Assembly: GCA_964561855.1 (NCBI GenBank)
Contig: CAZLQP010000002.1
Coordinates: forward strand, 99 to 64,098
Direction of reading: 5' to 3'
Length of the DNA stretch: 64,000 bases
Source of the DNA: an uncultured Burkholderiales bacterium
Lineage (GTDB): Bacteria; Actinomycetota; Acidimicrobiia; IMCC26256; JAGPDB01
The notes beneath the pieces are model-generated. The model ran no database searches. It worked only from the letters and a program-made list of their open reading frames with translations, and was not told the origin of the DNA. The position numbers and the translations under genes were made by a program. Shown in pieces: positions 36,212 through 45,980 of this stretch; positions within the stretch are counted from its first letter, which is position 1, and each line of letters starts with the position of its first letter.

Positions 36212-36715
36212 TTAATCCGAAACTGATCGACCTCTTAATTCAGATACGTCAATGATTTGCGCCCGTCTCAAATCATGATTCACAGGAGTATTTGGTCGAA
36301 CAACTGTATTTGCTAATTCACGCTGTCGAGCAACTTCACCTTGAGCGACTTCTATTTCAATATCGATTCCTTCAACAATATGTTCAACTAACGCATCTTG
36401 TTCACGATCAGATTGTTCGCTAAAAGGACCTCTTCTCAAAACACTCGTTCTCTCAATTTGTTCTTGAACATAGTGCGCCAATTCATCAAAATCAGCTTGT
36501 ACGGCCAAGTCATCTCCTAGACGGGCCGAAAGAACTTCTGGAATATGAATGTTTCTCATAAATGCCTCATGCAAAGTAATACCTTCTATATGCGACAATG
36601 CATCAATGGCTTGTACAAAATTTTTAAGTGCTTCTTTAGCCCAAATCTTCTTATGCTCAATAGTGTCCTGAGCTAAAAGCGCTACAAGCATTTGACGAGG
36701 TGATAAATCTTCCAT
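36212..36715 (-). CDS. Hypothetical protein
   Basis: The ORF is listed as 36212..36724. The Met at 36715 is preferred because a TTGACA-16-TAAAAT promoter overlaps the first ATG. No family recognised. Confidence 0.55.
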   Translation of the reverse strand: MEDLSPRQMLVALLAQDTIEHKKIWAKEALKNFVQAIDALSHIEGITLHEAFMRNIHIPEVLSARLGDDLAVQADFDELAHYVQEQIERTSVLRRGPFSEQSDREQDALVEHIVEGIDIEIEVAQGEVARQRELANTVVRPNTPVNHDLRRAQIIDVSELRGRSVSD

Positions 36716-36722
36716 GATGTCC

Positions 36723-36750
36723 ATTTTACGCTATTTGCGTAGATTGTCAA
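36723..36750 (-). promoter_or_regulatory. Promoter TTGACA-16-TAAAAT, 7 nt before ATG 36715 (leaderless geometry)
   Basis: On the minus strand, TTGACA is at 36750-36745 and TAAAAT at 36728-36723. No Shine-Dalgarno lies before the ATG at 36715. Confidence 0.5.
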
Positions 36751-36781
36751 ACCTGTATTTCCTGGTAAATCAGCCTTTTTG

Positions 36782-38473
36782 TTAAAACTCAACGTCGATT
36801 GAAGTCGTCGCTTGATTAAAGTCAGTCAGATTTAGTTCAGCTTTAATTGTCCAGGTACCTTCTTTGGGAATATCGATTAGAGCAGAGAAATGATTAAATC
36901 CTTGAAACCTCATCGGAACCATGATTGGCTCTATTCCTTTTTCCTTATTTTCGATACTCAAAGCAAGAATTTGTTGATCGAGTCTCCGGTCAGTTCTTTC
37001 TAACTGCATTGGCTGAGAATTAATATCGAGGATGTAAACGTGTATTTCTGTTCTGCCTGGCTTTGGAGGATCAACAATAAATTCGAACGTTGCTAACTCA
37101 GTAGGTGAACTTATTGTTATAGGTGAATCGTAAGCTTGTTTTGCTGGAATCGTATTTACCAAAACAGAGCTCAGTGCATAAACACAGAGAATGATTAAAA
37201 GTTCTGCAATTACAAACTTTCTTATTTGAGATCGAAGCATCACAGAATCTTTCTTAATCAAAGCCCTGGTGTAAATTCGAGAGAACAATGCTATTAATAC
37301 AATCAAAAGAAACAAAAGCACTTTCGAGCTAAGCAATTGACCAAATGTTGTTTCTCTTAATGCTTCAAAAGATCCAACTTGTCGGACCCAAGCGAATATA
37401 CCGCTAATGAAAATACCAACTACACAAACAAGCGAGATGTTTGATATCTTTTTAACTTTTTCAATCTCAAAATCTCTATGAATTGAAGTAGCTAAGATCA
37501 CCAATCCCCCAAGCCATATCGAAATCGAGATAATGTGAACAAAACTTAAAACTATTGCCAGAAGTACATAATCTCCGACTCTTGCATGTCCAGCTAAAGC
37601 AGGTGTAAATGCAAGTGCCACGACCGAAGAGATGAGAACATATCCATAAAGACTTTTTTCTCTATGTTTCCAAAGAAATAAGATAGCTACAGCCAATAAA
37701 ATACGCGATATTCCGACAAGTCCGAAAACCGATTCAATTTCATATCGAATAACGGAAAAATTAAAGACCTCCGAGGCTTGAAGACCTTGAGAAGATTTAG
37801 CATGGAGCAATATCGATGCAACTGCACTGACAATTAACACTAAGCAGCTATAAAATACTGTTTTATCTAAGGTTTCGGTAGTGGGAATTTTCAAAAAAAC
37901 TAAATAATGAAAAATGATTGCTATCAAAGCTGAAATCGATACAAAAATCAAGAAAGTAAATAGGTAATTGATGCCTTTTTCTGCCGAGCTTTCTTGCTGA
38001 GCACTAATCACACTTTCGATCAGTTCCCGATCAGTTTTTGGATTTGAATCGCTCATTTGAGACGTCGTTTGTGTAGAAGGTTCCGGTTGATTAATTACAA
38101 AGCTAAATGCTCCTCTAATCGGATGCGTATCTGGAGAGACCACGTTCCAAGTGACAATATATCTACCGGGCGCAAGATCTTCCAAGTCAGCTTTCACTTC
38201 TTTGCCCTCTAAATACGGAAGATTACCTACATTTACTTTTTTAGCATTCTCGTCATATACCCGTATTGAAGTTGGAAACACGTCCACTTCGGTATTAAAA
38301 AGCAAAACAATCTGCTCGGGAGTATCATCAAAGTTTTGGCCTGGAGAAGGTTGCGTTGAAATGATCTCAGAGTGAGCATCGGCATTTTTCAATGTCATAA
38401 ATGACATGCTCAGAACAGTCACAAAGATAGCAATGAAAGATAATAAAAGGTATTTAACAGTTCTCGTGAACAT
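36782..38473 (-). CDS. Copper resistance protein, CopC-CopD fusion
   Basis: 563 aa with a signal/TM segment and a CopC-like N-domain starting at HSEIISTQPSPGQ. About 8 TM helices (CopD-like) follow, then a C-terminal beta-rich domain. Confidence 0.8.
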   Translation of the reverse strand: MFTRTVKYLLLSFIAIFVTVLSMSFMTLKNADAHSEIISTQPSPGQNFDDTPEQIVLLFNTEVDVFPTSIRVYDENAKKVNVGNLPYLEGKEVKADLEDLAPGRYIVTWNVVSPDTHPIRGAFSFVINQPEPSTQTTSQMSDSNPKTDRELIESVISAQQESSAEKGINYLFTFLIFVSISALIAIIFHYLVFLKIPTTETLDKTVFYSCLVLIVSAVASILLHAKSSQGLQASEVFNFSVIRYEIESVFGLVGISRILLAVAILFLWKHREKSLYGYVLISSVVALAFTPALAGHARVGDYVLLAIVLSFVHIISISIWLGGLVILATSIHRDFEIEKVKKISNISLVCVVGIFISGIFAWVRQVGSFEALRETTFGQLLSSKVLLFLLIVLIALFSRIYTRALIKKDSVMLRSQIRKFVIAELLIILCVYALSSVLVNTIPAKQAYDSPITISSPTELATFEFIVDPPKPGRTEIHVYILDINSQPMQLERTDRRLDQQILALSIENKEKGIEPIMVPMRFQGFNHFSALIDIPKEGTWTIKAELNLTDFNQATTSIDVEF

Positions 38474-38567
38474 TAAGATCCCCTAGAGATTTCATATCAA
38501 AAAGCTAGCATCAAAACCACCTTAATCAATAAAGGAATAAAGCTCGACTGCGATTTGTTTCTAATGG

Positions 38568-39977
38568 TTGAATACATATGCCACTAGTGGAGTTTTTGTT
38601 GAAAAAAGCTTAGAATACGAAGAGATGTCAGATAACAATAATTCAAACCCTTTCAATCAAGATGATGAAGAAAGTCAAAACAACCCATATGGTTTTGACT
38701 TTGATCCCAACGCCTTATCATCGATGTTCTCCGAGATTTTCAACAACCAAGGCGCTGGCGGATTCGCAATTCCAAATTTGAATCAAGGACCAATGGAAGT
38801 TGCGGAAAAAGTCGCAGCCGACATTGCTTCTAAAGAAATAAATGAAAACGAAATCATTGAAAATGCAGAAGGATCTCCTGTTCAGGATCCTATGGCGGAA
38901 ATCATGCAAATAATGAAAATCATGGCAATGGGTTCGGGCGTCACAAAACCTTTGCATGTCGACTCAACATTTTCTGCACGTTGTGAACAGATTTATCCTG
39001 CAGCACAGAGTTACTTGATTAACAATACGGCAAATGAAGAAATCACTAACATTCCACTCGTAGTGACAGATCGTGTTAGTTGGACAAAAGACTACATCAC
39101 ATCTTTACAAGGTCCTTTAGGTGCCGCTTCAAAAAGTTTAAACCCAACCATAGGTTTTGATGAAGAAAATGAATTCTCATCTGATCAAGGATTGAATATC
39201 CAGTCTCTTATCGCAAAAACGGTTGGGCCAATGTTGTTTGGCGTGCAAGCTGGAACGATGGTTGGATACCTGAGCCACAGAGCCTACGGCGATGATGACG
39301 TATTGTTGCCTACTCAGTTGCCAGACCGAGTTGGCTTAATTGCATCGGCAGTGCAGAAATTCTCTCAAGATTGGAGTATCTCCGTAGACGAAGCAATCTT
39401 GTACTTCTTAATTCTTCAAACGTTACGAGCACATTTACGAAGTAAAGGTTGGTTAACAAAGAGACTTGATGATTTGTGTACCCAATACGTCGCGGCATAT
39501 GAACTTGATCCACATAAGTTAGAAGAATTAATGGGTGAAATCGATACTTCGTCAGAAAATCCAGTGATGGCGGTAAATGTAACTCCAGAACAAATGTTTG
39601 AAGCACTAAGGACTCCTCGACATGATGTTTTAGATGAAGAGATTGGAAGAATTTCTTCTTTACATGAAGCATATGTTGAATGGGTTTTACATAAAGACTT
39701 AGAACCTCTATTACCTAACTATCGAATTATCCAAGAGGCAAGAAAGCGTGTTGATGTATCGACTTCCGATGCTGATCGTTTTGTTGAGCAACTTTTTGGC
39801 GTTGCTATCACACCGCAGTTCAGAGAGAAGGCTCAAGCATTCATTGACGGTGTCGTAGAGCGTGGAGAAGAAGCTAAACTTCATCAGCTTTGGCACAAGG
39901 AAGAAATGATTCCTACTGAATCCGAATTCGCAGCACCCGGCCTCTGGCTCGCTCGACTCGAAGTCCTGGGGGTCTGA
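38568..39977 (+). CDS. DUF2342 / 'zinc-dependent metalloprotease'-family protein, apparently without HExxH
   Basis: Family-like segments are present: GTMVGYLSHRAYGDDDVLLP, LHEAYVEWV, and a C-terminal LWHKEEMIPTESEFAAPGLWLARL. A more likely start is the ATG at 38625 (MSDNNN..). The stop codon lies inside a family-2 repeat arm. Confidence 0.6.
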   Translation: MNTYATSGVFVEKSLEYEEMSDNNNSNPFNQDDEESQNNPYGFDFDPNALSSMFSEIFNNQGAGGFAIPNLNQGPMEVAEKVAADIASKEINENEIIENAEGSPVQDPMAEIMQIMKIMAMGSGVTKPLHVDSTFSARCEQIYPAAQSYLINNTANEEITNIPLVVTDRVSWTKDYITSLQGPLGAASKSLNPTIGFDEENEFSSDQGLNIQSLIAKTVGPMLFGVQAGTMVGYLSHRAYGDDDVLLPTQLPDRVGLIASAVQKFSQDWSISVDEAILYFLILQTLRAHLRSKGWLTKRLDDLCTQYVAAYELDPHKLEELMGEIDTSSENPVMAVNVTPEQMFEALRTPRHDVLDEEIGRISSLHEAYVEWVLHKDLEPLLPNYRIIQEARKRVDVSTSDADRFVEQLFGVAITPQFREKAQAFIDGVVERGEEAKLHQLWHKEEMIPTESEFAAPGLWLARLEVLGV

Positions 39978-40035
39978 TCCCCCAAAAGGGACTAATCAGC
40001 CAGGCGTTTTGTACCTTTTGGGGGATCAGACCCCC
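39968..40035. repeat. Family-2 hairpin repeat, variant arms
   Basis: The arms GGGGGTCTGATCCCCCAAAAGG and CCTTTTGGGGGATCAGACCCCC are perfectly complementary (22 nt). The loop ends in GCGTTTTGTA, like the copy at 20252-20318. Confidence 0.9.
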
Positions 40036-40080
40036 AGCAATGGGCTCCAGCGGTAGGGGTTTGATGCCGATAAAGCCCCT

Positions 40081-42150
40081 ATGGCTTTGGAATTTTTAGA
40101 TCGTGATTCATCGTGGATGGATTTCAACGATCGGATTTTGCATTTAGCAAACGATCCAACTGTTCCGCTGTTAGAACGCGTCAATTTTCTAAGTATAACT
40201 TCAAGCAACCTTGATGAATTCTTCCAAGTCAGAATAGCAGGACTTCTAGAAGAAATAAACGCTGATGAAAATTCAACTCTTGAACAAAGAAATATTCTCG
40301 TCAACTCTTTGATTGAAAAGACAAAGCATTTCAATCAAAAACAGGATCAAACATTTGTTCAATTACTTAGAGAATTACAAAATCACAATATAAGCATTGA
40401 AAATGTAGACGATTTAGAATCTCAAGAAGTTCTTTGGCTCAGCGAATATTTCGAAGAACATGTCTATCCTGTATTAACACCGCTAGCTGTTGATCCAGCA
40501 CATCCATTCCCATGGATTTCATCTTTAAGTGTTAATCTCGCATTTATTCTTCGCGAACCAAAAACCGAAGTTGCACGGTTTGCACGTGTAAAAATTCCAA
40601 CAAATCTACAAAGATTTATTCGAATCGGAGGATCCAATAGGTTTATTCCATTAGAAAAAGTAATCCAGCATTTTTGGGAACGTCTTTTCCCTGGATACGA
40701 TATCGAATCTCACTTCTTGTTCAGAATAACAAGATCAAGCCAGTATCAACTTGAAGATAATCCAAATCTATTAGATGCAATGACTTCAATGATTAGAAGG
40801 AGCAAGAAATTTGGACGCGCTGTCCGGCTGGAAATCGAAAAAGGAATAGATTCATCCTGGACAGAGCTTTTACAAAATGAGATCACTCTAGATTCGTCTC
40901 GAATTATTGAAGTAGAAAACTTCATAGATTTCACAGGTCTTGCACAACTTACAGAAATTGATGTTCCAGAACTTAAATATCCAAAATGGCATCCAAGAAC
41001 TCCTAACAGAATAAACAGATTCAAAGAAACAAAACCTGATCTATTTTCTATCATTCGAGAAAGAGATCTTCTGATCCATCGACCATACGAAAGCTATGAA
41101 GATACCGTCTTAGAACTTATTAAACAAGCAGCCAAAGACGATGATGTATTGGCCATCAAACAAACTATCTATCGAGCAGCAGATGTAAACTCAAAAACCG
41201 TACAAGCTCTTTGCTCTGCCGCTGAAAGTGGCAAGCAAGTGGTAGCGCTAGTAGAACTAAAGGCGCGATTTGATGAACAGCTAAATATTAAAAGGGCTAA
41301 GAAACTTGAGCAATCAGGAGTGCATGTTGTCTATGGAAAAGTTGGATTGAAGACTCATGCGAAGCTATTGCACATTGTCAGAGAAGAAGGAAAAGGACTT
41401 CGATATTATTCTCACATCTCTACAGGAAACTACAATTCAAATACTGCAACCATTTACGAAGACTTTGATCTTTTCACTGCAGATGAAAGAATAGGTAGAG
41501 ATGTTGGTGATGTATTTAATGACTTGACTGGATATAGCACCTTTAAAAATTATCGAGAACTTATAGTTGCCCCAATTTCAATGAGAACTCAGCTACTAGA
41601 ACTTATTGAGGAACAAAGCAATGAATTTGGATCCATATCCATTAAATGTAACAACTTAGTAGACAAGGAAATATTGCAAGCTCTTTATCGAGCAGGCGAG
41701 AAAGGCGCTCAAGTAAGACTTGCAGTTCGAACTTCGTGCGGTTTCACTCACGAGCATATTACGAACAACAAAAATCTCAAAGTGAGGTCAATTGTTGGCC
41801 GGTTTTTAGAACACTCAAGATTGTACAAATTTGGCAATTCCGAAGATGCAAAACTTTTCATCGGTTCTGCAGATTTAATGTCAAGAAATCTCGACAATAG
41901 AGTTGAGGTCCTTGTACCTATTTATGCAGTGAACACAAGAACTTATCTAAACGACACTCTTAATGAAATGTTTAGTTCAGATATTGAACACTGGAGTCTT
42001 ACTACTAACGGGTGGCAACACAATGCAAGAAGCACCAAAGTGCATTCTATATTCATGGATATGGCAGACTTAAGATCTAGACCAGTTCGCCTTAGCGATA
42101 CTCAAAGAAATATGCCTGAGAATCTAATGAATGAGGATGATCAAGTTTAG
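40081..42150 (+). CDS. ppk: Polyphosphate kinase 1
   Basis: 689 aa. The N-terminus DRDSSWMDFNDRIL and SNLDEFFQVRIAG match PPK1, as do the two PLD-like HKD regions (LKTHAKLL, GRFLEHSR). Confidence 0.9.
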   Translation: MALEFLDRDSSWMDFNDRILHLANDPTVPLLERVNFLSITSSNLDEFFQVRIAGLLEEINADENSTLEQRNILVNSLIEKTKHFNQKQDQTFVQLLRELQNHNISIENVDDLESQEVLWLSEYFEEHVYPVLTPLAVDPAHPFPWISSLSVNLAFILREPKTEVARFARVKIPTNLQRFIRIGGSNRFIPLEKVIQHFWERLFPGYDIESHFLFRITRSSQYQLEDNPNLLDAMTSMIRRSKKFGRAVRLEIEKGIDSSWTELLQNEITLDSSRIIEVENFIDFTGLAQLTEIDVPELKYPKWHPRTPNRINRFKETKPDLFSIIRERDLLIHRPYESYEDTVLELIKQAAKDDDVLAIKQTIYRAADVNSKTVQALCSAAESGKQVVALVELKARFDEQLNIKRAKKLEQSGVHVVYGKVGLKTHAKLLHIVREEGKGLRYYSHISTGNYNSNTATIYEDFDLFTADERIGRDVGDVFNDLTGYSTFKNYRELIVAPISMRTQLLELIEEQSNEFGSISIKCNNLVDKEILQALYRAGEKGAQVRLAVRTSCGFTHEHITNNKNLKVRSIVGRFLEHSRLYKFGNSEDAKLFIGSADLMSRNLDNRVEVLVPIYAVNTRTYLNDTLNEMFSSDIEHWSLTTNGWQHNARSTKVHSIFMDMADLRSRPVRLSDTQRNMPENLMNEDDQV

Positions 42151-42419
42151 TTTTCTGGTTCTTCGTCGAAACCTAGATCCCACTCGAGCTTAATTCCTTC
42201 TCTCTCGGCATCTTTGATAACACGTTCACGATTACGTCGAAATTGAGGGTCATGCGGCGGGACAAAATTAAGTCTTGCAGCTACACGAACTTTGAAGGCT
42301 TCGATTACTGAATCTTCACCAAATATCTTCTCAATTCCCCAATGCGGGTGAACTGGGCCATAATAAACAATCTTTGCGTGGCCAATGGTTGGGATTACTT
42401 CTGGTTCTGTAGATGTCAT
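42147..42419 (-). CDS. Hypothetical conserved-looking small protein
   Basis: 90-aa ORF convergent with ppk (4-nt overlap). No family recognised. Confidence 0.5.
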   Translation of the reverse strand: MTSTEPEVIPTIGHAKIVYYGPVHPHWGIEKIFGEDSVIEAFKVRVAARLNFVPPHDPQFRRNRERVIKDAEREGIKLEWDLGFDEEPEN

Positions 42420-42428
42420 CCCTACAGT

Positions 42429-43751
42429 CTACAACGGACGCTCTACCAACGTCACTTCGGTAGAAAGTTCCTCGCCAGAGCGGTTAAACACTATCTCTAC
42501 GCGCTCGCCTGGCTTTCGCGTTCTGATGGCAGAAACCATATCGTTGGCTGTTCTTATCCTGTCAGAACCTATTCGAACGATAACGTCTTCTAATCTCAAA
42601 TCGCTATCAGCCGCTGGAGATCCTGGTTGAATCTCTACAATTAGTGCTCCTTCTTGAACATTAAGTGAAAGTTCTCGAGCAATTCTTTCATTAACATCTT
42701 GAGCTGCGACACCCAGAAAGGCAATCTGTCTATCTATACCAGTTTTAAGATCTTCAATTATTGGTTTAGCCCTATCTATTGCAATGGCAAACCCAACATT
42801 TTGAGCAAACGAAGGATCAGCAATTGCTGTATTGATTCCGATAACTTCACCTTTTGAATTAACAAGAGGTCCACCAGAGTTTCCTCTGTTGATGGCAGCA
42901 TCTGTTTGGATGATTCCTTGAAGTTGTGTTTGCAACTCAGTGTCAATTGTGCGATCCAATCCAGAAACTATTCCACGAGTAACACTAAGTCCGCCTTCGA
43001 GAGCGAGAGCATTACCAATTGCTACGACATCATCTCCAACTTTAATATCTGAAGAATTTCCTAATTTTGCAACAGGTAAACCTTGCACATCAACTTTCAG
43101 TACCGCAAGATCTTCTAGAGGATCTCTACCCAACAATGATGCTTCAAGTGTTCGACCATCAGAAAGTGTCACAAGAATCTGTTGTTCTCCATTTCCTAGA
43201 ACATGATTATTTGTGACAATTACACCAGTATCGTCATATACAAAACCAGTACCGGCACTACCGCCTCGCTGCAAACCTCCACCAATTGAAACAGCAACTG
43301 TTGCAGGTTCAATTCGAGCTAATAACTCTTGAATGTCTCCAGGCTCAGCTAGGACCGAAGAATTTCGTTGAATTTCGTATGTATAGGTATTTTCGTTTAA
43401 ATAAAACCACATTGAAGCAACAAGTAATGCACCAATTACTAGGCCACCAAATAATGCAATGGCAATGGAAGTTCTGGGTTGGTTATCTACAACTATTGCA
43501 GCAGGAGCATTTTGAGAATTAGCAATACTTGGTGCAGGCGGTAGAAATCTTTTTTGTGGTTCTTGAGGAACAGATTGGGGTTGCGAAAATGCTGCATCTG
43601 CTTGGGGCTGTTGTGCCGTTACGAAACTCGGATCAGTTGCGTCTTGGCTTGAAGGTGTAACAGGATTTCCATTTTGGTCAAACGTATTTTGCCCATTATC
43701 ATTTGAAAAATTTTGACTTTGATTATTAACCTGATCGCTATCTTCATTCAT
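42429..43751 (-). CDS. HtrA/DegP-family serine protease with PDZ domain
   Basis: 440 aa with a Q/N/P-rich N-terminus and a TM helix. The trypsin-like triad context is present (TNNHV, DLAVLK, GNSGGPLV), followed by a C-terminal PDZ. Confidence 0.85.
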   Translation of the reverse strand: MNEDSDQVNNQSQNFSNDNGQNTFDQNGNPVTPSSQDATDPSFVTAQQPQADAAFSQPQSVPQEPQKRFLPPAPSIANSQNAPAAIVVDNQPRTSIAIALFGGLVIGALLVASMWFYLNENTYTYEIQRNSSVLAEPGDIQELLARIEPATVAVSIGGGLQRGGSAGTGFVYDDTGVIVTNNHVLGNGEQQILVTLSDGRTLEASLLGRDPLEDLAVLKVDVQGLPVAKLGNSSDIKVGDDVVAIGNALALEGGLSVTRGIVSGLDRTIDTELQTQLQGIIQTDAAINRGNSGGPLVNSKGEVIGINTAIADPSFAQNVGFAIAIDRAKPIIEDLKTGIDRQIAFLGVAAQDVNERIARELSLNVQEGALIVEIQPGSPAADSDLRLEDVIVRIGSDRIRTANDMVSAIRTRKPGERVEIVFNRSGEELSTEVTLVERPL

Positions 43752-43809
43752 ATGAATAGACTAGCTCGAATAGGTAATAGAGATTAAAAAGAAGATACTA
43801 AAAATAAAG

Positions 43810-43998
43810 CTACTTTTCTTTAGGTTCATCATCTGACTTAGATGCTTCTTTTTCGCCTTCTTCGAAACCTTTTTCAAACTCTTTTTTCGCTTGTCCTAGC
43901 CCTTTAGCAAACTTTGGCAATGCAGTTGCTCCAAAAAGTAGAACGATGATTCCTGCGATAATTGCGAGTTCTGGTACTCCTAAACCTATTGCCAACAT
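43810..43998 (-). CDS. tatA: Twin-arginine translocase subunit TatA/E
   Basis: 62 aa with a TM helix followed by an FG hinge and an amphipathic helix (LLFGATALPKFAKGLGQAKKEF). Confidence 0.85.
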   Translation of the reverse strand: MLAIGLGVPELAIIAGIIVLLFGATALPKFAKGLGQAKKEFEKGFEEGEKEASKSDDEPKEK

Positions 43999-44058
43999 TT
44001 CGTGCCTTTCGATCTTTGTATATTTGATTATCTTAGCGTTTTGTTTTGCTCCTAGAGA

Positions 44059-45072
44059 TTATATGTCAGCCATTTCTTTAGCTTTTGCTAAAGAAGCTCC
44101 GATTTCTCCAATAATCTCATCTGAACCGATGTGAAATGGCGCAAAACCAGGATTTATGACTATTTCATCTACTCCGAGTTTCGCCCAATTCGCGATTTGT
44201 TCAGAAACTTCTTCAACAGTTCCGACTAGATGAGCATCTCTCCAATTTTCCAATGTCTTGCCATCTGCTACACCTTTTGGTGACAGCTCTGCGATTTTGT
44301 TGAACATATCTTTGAGATCGTTTTCGCTTTGAGCAACCAGACCATAAAGACCGAGTGACTTATAAACACTTGCAGGATCGCGATCATATTTTTCACAAGA
44401 AAAGCTAAGTGAATTCAGCCGATCCTGATAAGCCTCAGGAGTCCATGCCCAACATGTATTCCAACCATCAGCGTAGCGAGCGACGATACTTAAAAGTCGA
44501 TCACCTTTACCTCCAACGATAAGCTTCACTTTATTTGAAATAGCATTTCCAGGAGTTGTTAACATCGCATTTTTAGAAGAATAGTATTTGCCGTCAAAAT
44601 TTGAAACTTCTCCATTTAACATGGGTCCGATTATCTGCAATGACTCACTTAATCGTGTCATCCTTTCACCAATAGCTGGCATTTCATGACCATAAATTTG
44701 ATAATCAGGATTATGCCAACCAGCACCTAATCCGAGTGTAAATTGTCTTCCTGCAACGTCAGCAATAGTTTGTGCCGAAACCGCGCTATTAACCGGATGG
44801 CGCAATGCCTCGCACAAAACAAGAGTTCCCAGCTCTATATCTATATTCATCGAGGCAAGTGCAGCAGCCAAAGCCAGTGGATCAAAACTACGATAGGGCG
44901 TGTCATCTCCTCCGTATTTAGCAATGTCTAAAGTTGGATGATCAGAAATATAGGCAATATCGAAACCTGATTTGGATGCTATCTCTAAAGTTTTCGAAAC
45001 TTGTTTAAAAGCAATAGGGGCATTTTGATCATAGCTGTAATCGTAATGTGCAAGTGTAATTCCAAATTTCAT
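44059..45072 (-). CDS. LLM-class (luciferase-like) flavin/F420-dependent oxidoreductase
   Basis: 337 aa with a typical LLM TIM-barrel sequence pattern (FGITL.., LGLGAGW..). Confidence 0.8.
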   Translation of the reverse strand: MKFGITLAHYDYSYDQNAPIAFKQVSKTLEIASKSGFDIAYISDHPTLDIAKYGGDDTPYRSFDPLALAAALASMNIDIELGTLVLCEALRHPVNSAVSAQTIADVAGRQFTLGLGAGWHNPDYQIYGHEMPAIGERMTRLSESLQIIGPMLNGEVSNFDGKYYSSKNAMLTTPGNAISNKVKLIVGGKGDRLLSIVARYADGWNTCWAWTPEAYQDRLNSLSFSCEKYDRDPASVYKSLGLYGLVAQSENDLKDMFNKIAELSPKGVADGKTLENWRDAHLVGTVEEVSEQIANWAKLGVDEIVINPGFAPFHIGSDEIIGEIGASLAKAKEMADI

Positions 45073-45089
45073 GGCACCAGCTTAGAACG

Positions 45090-45980
45090 TTGACTCATCT
45101 ATGGAAGAATATAGAAGTGATTTATGAATGCGTGATTAATGTATCAATCGCCAAAGAAAAAGCGCTTTTGGATAGGGTTATCGATTCAGCAGGCGATGAA
45201 TGCATTGATGTACATCAGGATTTAGATCATAATCGCAGTGTCATAACCTTGGGATCTTATAGCCTAAGTAATGTTGCGGAGTCCGCTTATAACGTTGTCG
45301 AAGCATCAATTGAAAAATATGAAATAGCTAACCACAAAGGAGTTCATCCTCGATTAGGTATCGTCGATGTCGTACCTTTTATTTCATATGATGAAACTTC
45401 AGTCAAGCCGACAGCCGAAACAATACTTGCTTCGCATGAGATTGGAAGCAAAGTACACGAAAACTTCAATATCCCGATTTTTTATTATGACTATGCAAGC
45501 GAACTGAAAACAACTTTGCCCTACATCCGTAAAAATGCATTCGATAAGATCAAACCCGACCTAGGTGAAAATTCAGCTAATGAAAAATTTGGAACAATAT
45601 GCATCGGCGCAAGAGAACCTTTAATTGCCATCAACGTCAATTTTGATGCAAATGATTTAACCTTGGCAAAAAAACTAGCTAAGAATGTTCGTGAGAGTAC
45701 CGGCGGTTTTAAGGGAGTTCGCGCTATTGGGTTAGAGCTATACAGTCAGAACAAGTCGCAAGTTTCAATGAACATCGTGGATACGAAGAACGTTAACTTA
45801 GAAGAAGTTTTAAATCACATCATCGATTCATCAGATGAATTGGATATCAAAAGCGAAGTCGAGCTTGTTGGCTTGATGCCTCAATATGTGTTCGAAACAC
45901 TTTCATCAGATTTTCGCAACGATCACGGATTTTCTGCAAAAGACACCGTCGAATACCGCCTCTCCGCCGAGTTGGCGTGA
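45090..45980 (+). CDS. Glutamate formimidoyltransferase-like protein (FtcD N-terminal domain)
   Basis: 296 aa with ECVINVS near the N-terminus and HPRLGIVDVVPF, which is typical of formiminotransferase. The stop codon lies inside a family-4 repeat arm. Confidence 0.7.
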   Translation: MTHLWKNIEVIYECVINVSIAKEKALLDRVIDSAGDECIDVHQDLDHNRSVITLGSYSLSNVAESAYNVVEASIEKYEIANHKGVHPRLGIVDVVPFISYDETSVKPTAETILASHEIGSKVHENFNIPIFYYDYASELKTTLPYIRKNAFDKIKPDLGENSANEKFGTICIGAREPLIAINVNFDANDLTLAKKLAKNVRESTGGFKGVRAIGLELYSQNKSQVSMNIVDTKNVNLEEVLNHIIDSSDELDIKSEVELVGLMPQYVFETLSSDFRNDHGFSAKDTVEYRLSAELA

